NCBI GenBank assembly: GCA_030690305.1
Contig: JAUYHB010000027.1
Span: 15,670-79,669 of the forward strand
Length of the DNA: 64,000 bases
Source: a bacterium
GTDB lineage: Bacteria; Patescibacteriota; Minisyncoccia; Phycocordibacterales; JAGLPS01
Direction: 5' to 3'
The position numbers and the translations under genes were made by a program. This document shows positions 59,839 through 64,000 of this stretch, piece after piece (within the stretch, counting starts at the first letter, position 1; each line of letters begins with the position of its first letter). The notes beneath the pieces are model-generated. The model was not told the origin of the DNA, made no database searches, and saw only the letters and a list, made by a program, of their open reading frames with translations.

Positions 59839-60849
59839 ATGTCTGAATCGAATAACGGTTTTGTCGATTTCAAAGCCATTAAACAGTCAGTCTCAATGCT
59901 TCAGGTTCTTGAGTATTACGGGCTCATGCAGAGTCTCAAAAGAAATGTAGATTCTCTGAGCGGTCCCTGCCCTCTTCACAGCGGGCACACAGAGGGACAG
60001 TTTAAAGTCAGCGTTTCCAAAAACTGCTGGAATTGCTTCGGTAAATGCAAATCCGGCGGGAATATTTTGGACTTCGTGAGCCGTAAGGAAAACGTCGGAA
60101 TCCGCGAGGCAGCGATTCTCATTGTGAAATGGTTTGATCTATCGGCAGACACCGCACCGGATAAACAAACAGAAAAAACAAAAGATAAAAACCCGCAAAG
60201 CCAGAAAGACGCCGAAGAATCGGCCGCACCAGAAAGCCAGTCTAAGGAAAATAAACCTCTTGGATTCTCCCTTAAACATCTCGATCCCAATCATACATAT
60301 CTTACTGAAAGAGGATTGTCCCCAGAGACAATCATTGCGTTCGGCTTAGGCCACTGCAAAAAAGGCATCTTGACCGGAAGAATAGCCATCCCAGTCCACA
60401 ACTTGGATGGAGGGCTTGTGGCGTATATCGGTCGCTGGCCCGGACAACCGCCGGAAGGAAAAGAAAAATATAAATTTCCCGAAGGTTTTAAAAAATCGCT
60501 GGAAATATTCAATGTTCACCGTGCGATAAACGAATCTTCAACGGAACCCCTCATCGTGGTACAAGGCGTATTTGACTGCATGAAAATTTGGCAGGAGGGC
60601 TTCCATCGAGTAGTTGCCATTATGGGAAACGCGGTCTCGGAAGAACAGTCAACACTGCTTCTTCAAGCCGTTTCTCCTCAAGGCCGCATCGTCCTTATGT
60701 TCAATGAGGATGAAGCCGCGCAACAGGGCTGTCAAAACGCTCTCATGCGCCTGTCGTCTGCCTGCTATGTCAGAACGATCAAACTCCCTCAAGAAGGACT
60801 GCAATCAGAACATCCGTCTCAAAAAAGATTCATTGAGCTGCTTAAATAA
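59839..60849 (+). CDS. CHC2 zinc-finger / Toprim DnaG-like primase with degenerate Toprim
   Basis: CPLH...CFGKC, YLTERGL, GRIAIP, KYK, VQGVFDC. Confidence 0.85.
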   Translation: MSESNNGFVDFKAIKQSVSMLQVLEYYGLMQSLKRNVDSLSGPCPLHSGHTEGQFKVSVSKNCWNCFGKCKSGGNILDFVSRKENVGIREAAILIVKWFDLSADTAPDKQTEKTKDKNPQSQKDAEESAAPESQSKENKPLGFSLKHLDPNHTYLTERGLSPETIIAFGLGHCKKGILTGRIAIPVHNLDGGLVAYIGRWPGQPPEGKEKYKFPEGFKKSLEIFNVHRAINESSTEPLIVVQGVFDCMKIWQEGFHRVVAIMGNAVSEEQSTLLLQAVSPQGRIVLMFNEDEAAQQGCQNALMRLSSACYVRTIKLPQEGLQSEHPSQKRFIELLK

Positions 60850-61025
60850 CTGTCGGGTCGGGAAGTTCGGGGGCATTCCGAACGGACGTGAAGGGATAAC
60901 CCTTTCATTCTGCCCGTTCCTGCTTGACGAAGCAGACTCGGGCTTTGTTCGTCGGCATGCGGGGGACCCCAAAACTTCCCGGCCCTAATAATTCTTCCGT
61001 CTTACAAAAAACGAAAGGAACGATC

Positions 61026-61289
61026 ATGGCCTACACGCCGGAACTGACTTATAAAGCGAGTTCTACGTTACGCAGGATCGCTTGGTCGCTGAACAAACCG
61101 ATGACCAAAACCATGGAATGGATCCTTACCGACTTAATCAAATTCATTCCTGCTCCCGCCATCTGCGAGGCGTGCAAAGACCAAACGAAATGCGAAACAT
61201 GTCCCTTTAACACGAACGGAAAACCGACAGGAGGCAACATGCCGCCGGATCTTCTAAAACAATCGGAGGAAATCTTATGCGAACGATAA
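61026..61289 (+). CDS. small hypothetical protein with C-x2-C-x5-C-x2-C cluster
   Basis: MAYTPEL..TLRRIAW..PMT; CEACKDQTKCETC; AAAGGA RBS. Confidence 0.7.
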   Translation: MAYTPELTYKASSTLRRIAWSLNKPMTKTMEWILTDLIKFIPAPAICEACKDQTKCETCPFNTNGKPTGGNMPPDLLKQSEEILCER

Positions 61290-61726
61290 AATGTTTTGAG
61301 AGAGATTTGGAGGCGGCTAATACAGCCATTGTCCGGGACACTTTTGGGAACCAAGCATTAATAAGTGCAATCTTCAATATATGGGAATCTCGGACAATGG
61401 GCAAAACAGATCGCGAGTTCGACAAACTCATGCGTAGAACAATGGGCAAGAAGATCTGGAGCCATATGACTCAGGAAGAAAAATTCACAGAGTTTAGAAC
61501 CAGTATTTTAAACGATCTGTGGATTAGTCTGAATGAAATCAGGGAAGGAAACAGAGTCGTGGTTGAATACTTTCTGGATCGCGCCCTTGACCCACTGGAT
61601 CCATTTGCTGGGGTCTATCAGGCGTTCTTGAGAGGACTCGGTGCTGAGATTCTTTATGAAGAAAAAGTTTTTAAAGGTATTCGTTTCCCAAAAGGGGCCG
61701 AAAAACAGACGATTGTTCTCGAATAA
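61277..61726 (+). CDS. hypothetical protein
   Basis: ORF with GGAGG RBS in operon context. Confidence 0.65.
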   Translation: MRTIKCFERDLEAANTAIVRDTFGNQALISAIFNIWESRTMGKTDREFDKLMRRTMGKKIWSHMTQEEKFTEFRTSILNDLWISLNEIREGNRVVVEYFLDRALDPLDPFAGVYQAFLRGLGAEILYEEKVFKGIRFPKGAEKQTIVLE

Positions 61727-61746
61727 ACCTTCAAAGGAGAAAAACC

Positions 61747-62010
61747 ATGAATATTACCGTCGAAAGAATTTATCGCCAGCCGGAAAGCAAATCACTTAAA
61801 GCCTTTGTTGATCTGTCGATTGACAATGTTTTGCTGATTAAAGGAATCCGTATCGTTCAAGGCCCGAAAGGACTCTTTGTATCCATGCCGCAAGGGCAAG
61901 GAAAAGACAAGCGCTGGTATGATTCCATCCGTTGTCTGGATCAAGAATTCAAGAAACGATTGGATGACGAAGTCATGTCCGCTTATACCAAAGAGATCGA
62001 TAACGAATAA
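61747..62010 (+). CDS. SpoVG family nucleic-acid-binding protein
   Basis: LKAFVDL, IKGIRIVQG.KGLFVSMP. Confidence 0.9.
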   Translation: MNITVERIYRQPESKSLKAFVDLSIDNVLLIKGIRIVQGPKGLFVSMPQGQGKDKRWYDSIRCLDQEFKKRLDDEVMSAYTKEIDNE

Positions 62011-62067
62011 GAATTTTCTGAAACCGTTGGCAAATACATTGTCCAAACCAGTAAAGGAGGTGATCGT

Positions 62068-62370
62068 ATGTACCCGGAAGTCAATGCGTTATCTAATACA
62101 AAACTGGCAAAGTTTCCCGTGGGACAAATAGTCTCCACTACAAACGCTTTGTCAAAGCTGACGCATCACGACATACTGATAGCATTAAGTCGTCATGTTA
62201 AAGGAGATTGGGGCGAAGTTTGCGAGGAAGACCGTCGAGAGAACGAACTGTCGCTGAAGGAAGGATACAGATTGCTTTCTGTTTATCAGGGAGCCGCCGG
62301 AACAAAATTCTGGATTATCACTGAATCCGACCGATCTGTCACAACAGTTTTACTTCCCGAGGATTATTGA
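62068..62370 (+). CDS. plasmid/ICE-associated conserved small protein
   Basis: RHVKGDWG, RLLSVY, WIITE.DRSVTTVLLPEDY. Confidence 0.8.
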   Translation: MYPEVNALSNTKLAKFPVGQIVSTTNALSKLTHHDILIALSRHVKGDWGEVCEEDRRENELSLKEGYRLLSVYQGAAGTKFWIITESDRSVTTVLLPEDY

Positions 62371-62379
62371 GTTAAAACA

Positions 62380-62412
62380 AAACACCTCTTCTTAAATTTG
62401 AAGAGGTGTTTT
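62380..62412. terminator. bidirectional terminator
   Basis: aaaacacctcttc...gaagaggtgtttt. Confidence 0.75.
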
Positions 62413-62604
62413 CTATTATGTGTAAAAATCATTTGCTCTAAATAATCGTTTAATATGCCAAAAAGAACTTGGGCCCATTGAAATGAATCATATGATTGGG
62501 ATCGGCAATCCAAACTTCTGTTTCCCATATAACACTTGCCCCAACCTTCCCGTGCGCGTGTTAAAAACTTTTGCCGTCTTGAAAGATCGGCAAACTCCCT
62601 TTTT

Positions 62605-64000
62605 CTATTCTGCTGTCCGTCCGTATTTTTCGCGGCGTTTTCTAAAAGCTGTTTTCCCACCTTCTAATATATCCAATCCGTGTTCTCTTATACCTCGTTT
62701 TTCTAATGGTATTTTTGCTTTTTCGCTCACAAATGAGTTTTCAATAGCTCCACTTACATATGAAATACGGGATGGTTGTAAACTTGGGACAGCATCAAAA
62801 TTTGCGACAATGATCTGTTCCGCGTCAGTGTTCAATACCAAGTTAGGATTGTGAGTGATAACAATGACTTGGCGTCGGCGTTTAATTTCTCTAAAGTAAT
62901 CAACCAGCGAAGGGAATACTGATTTATTATCAAGATTTTCTTCGGGTTGGTCTATAACGAGCGGGACACTACCTTCTGTATCTAGCACCAAATACATGAG
63001 CAACAATACTACTCCCTTTTTGCCCGGTGAAAGCAACTCCAAACTCGTTCCTTGATATTTAATATTATAGGCAACTTTAAAATCGCTAGTGTCAAAAAAC
63101 CAATTAGAAAAATCTAATTTTTGTTTTCCTTTGAGTAATTGCGAGCGTATATCCAACTCTTTCCCATCCACATCCTTTTCAAAGCTATTGTAAAAAGTTT
63201 TTATTTCGCCAGATATATTTTCAACCTCACCAAGCTCAATAGATTCGGCAATACCTTTGATCTTCTTAAACAAGTTGTCATTGCCTCTATAATACTTACC
63301 CTTCCTCCCAAAATCTAAAACAGACTGCGCTTTGCGGAAGTATCCTTCCACATCTAATTCAATTCTCGCAAAAAATTCCATCTGATTTTCTTTTTCCTTT
63401 TTCTCTCTATCTTTTAGAGGGGCGTAAAGTTCTTCTAAAGACTTCTTTTCTTCTTTTAATAATTCAAAGTATTGTTTATAGGTTTCATCTCTTAATACTT
63501 CTTTTTTGGGCAGTTCCAATATTTTTACTGTTTCTATATCGGTTATATTTTTTTCAAGTTCCGTTGTCCTTGTTTTAATTTTCGCTATTTTACCGTCGTA
63601 TTCTTTTATAGCTTTGCGAGTAGATTCAACAATGCTTGAAATTGATTCAAGCTTTTTTATCCACTCCTCGGTATCACTCAAAGGCAAGTCTTTGACCAAT
63701 TCTTCTTTTAACTCGTCCAATTTTACTTCTTTATTTTCCGCCGTATCATTTTCCTCCTTGGTTTTGATAGCTCCTTTCAACTTGTTGATTTGCTCATTGA
63801 ACTTCGTTTTTTGCTCATCAAGAGCCGTGAGAAAATCCGGTGTTATAGAAAATTCTATCTTTTCGTAGATTAAACCGATATTTTTAAGATCGTCCTTAAT
63901 TTGCGACAATTGCTTGTCCGCGTATGTTTTAAGCGTTGAGGTTTTTGTCTTGATATTCTCAACGGTTAATAAGTGAGATTTAAGAATAGCAATTTTATTA
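62605..64000 (-). CDS. SMC/ABC-type AAA ATPase (TrlF-like), C-terminal part; 5' end outside the window
   Basis: coiled coil, LSPGKK signature, IDQPEENLD, ITHNPN, LEGGK.AF..R. Confidence 0.85.
   Translation of the reverse strand, partial: NKIAILKSHLLTVENIKTKTSTLKTYADKQLSQIKDDLKNIGLIYEKIEFSITPDFLTALDEQKTKFNEQINKLKGAIKTKEENDTAENKEVKLDELKEELVKDLPLSDTEEWIKKLESISSIVESTRKAIKEYDGKIAKIKTRTTELEKNITDIETVKILELPKKEVLRDETYKQYFELLKEEKKSLEELYAPLKDREKKEKENQMEFFARIELDVEGYFRKAQSVLDFGRKGKYYRGNDNLFKKIKGIAESIELGEVENISGEIKTFYNSFEKDVDGKELDIRSQLLKGKQKLDFSNWFFDTSDFKVAYNIKYQGTSLELLSPGKKGVVLLLMYLVLDTEGSVPLVIDQPEENLDNKSVFPSLVDYFREIKRRRQVIVITHNPNLVLNTDAEQIIVANFDAVPSLQPSRISYVSGAIENSFVSEKAKIPLEKRGIREHGLDILEGGKTAFRKRREKYGRTAE

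Larger units (their letters stand above)
55407..64000. mobile_element. putative integrative mobilizable element or genomic island (right end outside the window)
   Basis: recombinase, coupling ATPase, relaxase, primase-like, SpoVG and AAA ATPase genes after a dif-like site; strong SD sites unlike host genes. Confidence 0.75.

Overview
The window looks like a chromosomal segment of a Patescibacteria/CPR (Parcubacteria-like) bacterium; this is inferred from gene content and CPR-type proteins. From 1 to about 55.3 kb almost all genes are on the + strand. They include a tRNA cluster (Val, Pro, Ala, Pro, Ala), PGI/PMI and a ROK kinase, ychF, leuS, mltG, mnmA, a DNA-repair cluster, alaS, a 1444-aa S74-chaperone surface fibre, infA-rpmJ-rpsM-rpsK-rpsD-rpoA-rplQ-rplM-rpsI, grpE-dnaK-dnaJ, trpS, aspS, scpA-cutA-scpB, mraY-ftsW-murG, gltX and gpmA. 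An AT-rich accessory stretch (about 33.3-41.6 kb) carries an acyltransferase/methyltransferase/N-acyl synthase/7TM histidine kinase cluster and a radical SAM-SPASM enzyme with a YxD-repeat precursor peptide (candidate RiPP). A dif-like 11-6-11 palindrome at 55407-55434 borders a putative integrative mobilizable element (tyrosine recombinase, coupling ATPase, Replic_Relax relaxase, primase-like protein, SpoVG, AAA ATPase) that runs off the window. The most unusual signals are a complete tRNA-Pro nested inside a second, interrupted tRNA-Pro scaffold, the minimal YxD RiPP locus, and a ~340-nt structured leader with two repeated modules upstream of the recombinase. All calls come from motif reading by eye; no searches or folding programs were run.
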